A stretch of DNA of 64,000 bases, from positions 1 through 64,000 of the forward strand of contig JAQGDQ010000851.1 of the NCBI GenBank assembly GCA_030141605.1. Direction: 5' to 3'. The stretch is from Tubiluchus corallicola. Lineage: Eukaryota; Animalia; Priapulida. The position numbers and the translations under genes are program-made. Shown piece after piece: positions 63,797-64,000 of the stretch. The notes under the pieces were generated by a model. That model was not told the origin of the DNA and ran no database searches. It worked only from the letters and a program-made list of their open reading frames with translations. Position 1 is the first letter of the stretch. The number at the start of each line of letters is the position of its first letter.

Positions 63797-64000
63797 TACT
63801 ATATGTGCATGGCTGAATGAGTTGCGTCTGTCTAGTTAGCTACATTGTAGCTTTCTCGTGTGTGTTTGTCTGTCTGTGCGTCCGTTCATTTGCTTCTTAC
63901 ATTGCATGGCCGAACGACCTGCATTCTGTAGACGTACGGAGGCTGTATCTAGTCAATTTCAAAACCACCACCCTTGCTACCTCTTTCTATTCGGCTCGAG

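Noticed and set aside
62595-63915. ~100-bp direct repeats read as LTRs or a head-to-tail LINE array
   Set aside because: A 12-bp TSD lies inside the first repeat unit, so the repeats are host sequence interrupted by a truncated LINE.

Overview
AT-rich, repeat-dominated eukaryotic DNA, most likely from a non-arthropod invertebrate given the TTAGGG-type arrays, 5S/tRNA-derived SINE heads and Kolobok/hAT MITEs. I recognise no intact protein-coding gene. All long ORFs in the track are translations of micro/minisatellites, and there is no CRISPR array or prokaryotic feature. The window holds about 25 tandem arrays, at least four TTAA-flanked Kolobok-like MITE families (about 20 copies, several chimeric), hAT MITEs with 8-bp TSDs and several LINE 3' remnants. 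One LINE family shares a CCCT-RCAAATAG-AGGG hairpin tail, and one copy has a 12-bp TSD. There is also a tRNA-like SINE head and a ~490-bp composite SINE candidate with a 5S rRNA head and a bipartite RTE-type body and tail. A recurring theme is tandem arrays seeded at transposon ends or tails. Two phase-compatible minus-strand exon candidates suggest the region may be intronic. Family assignments come from motif recognition by eye and need database confirmation.
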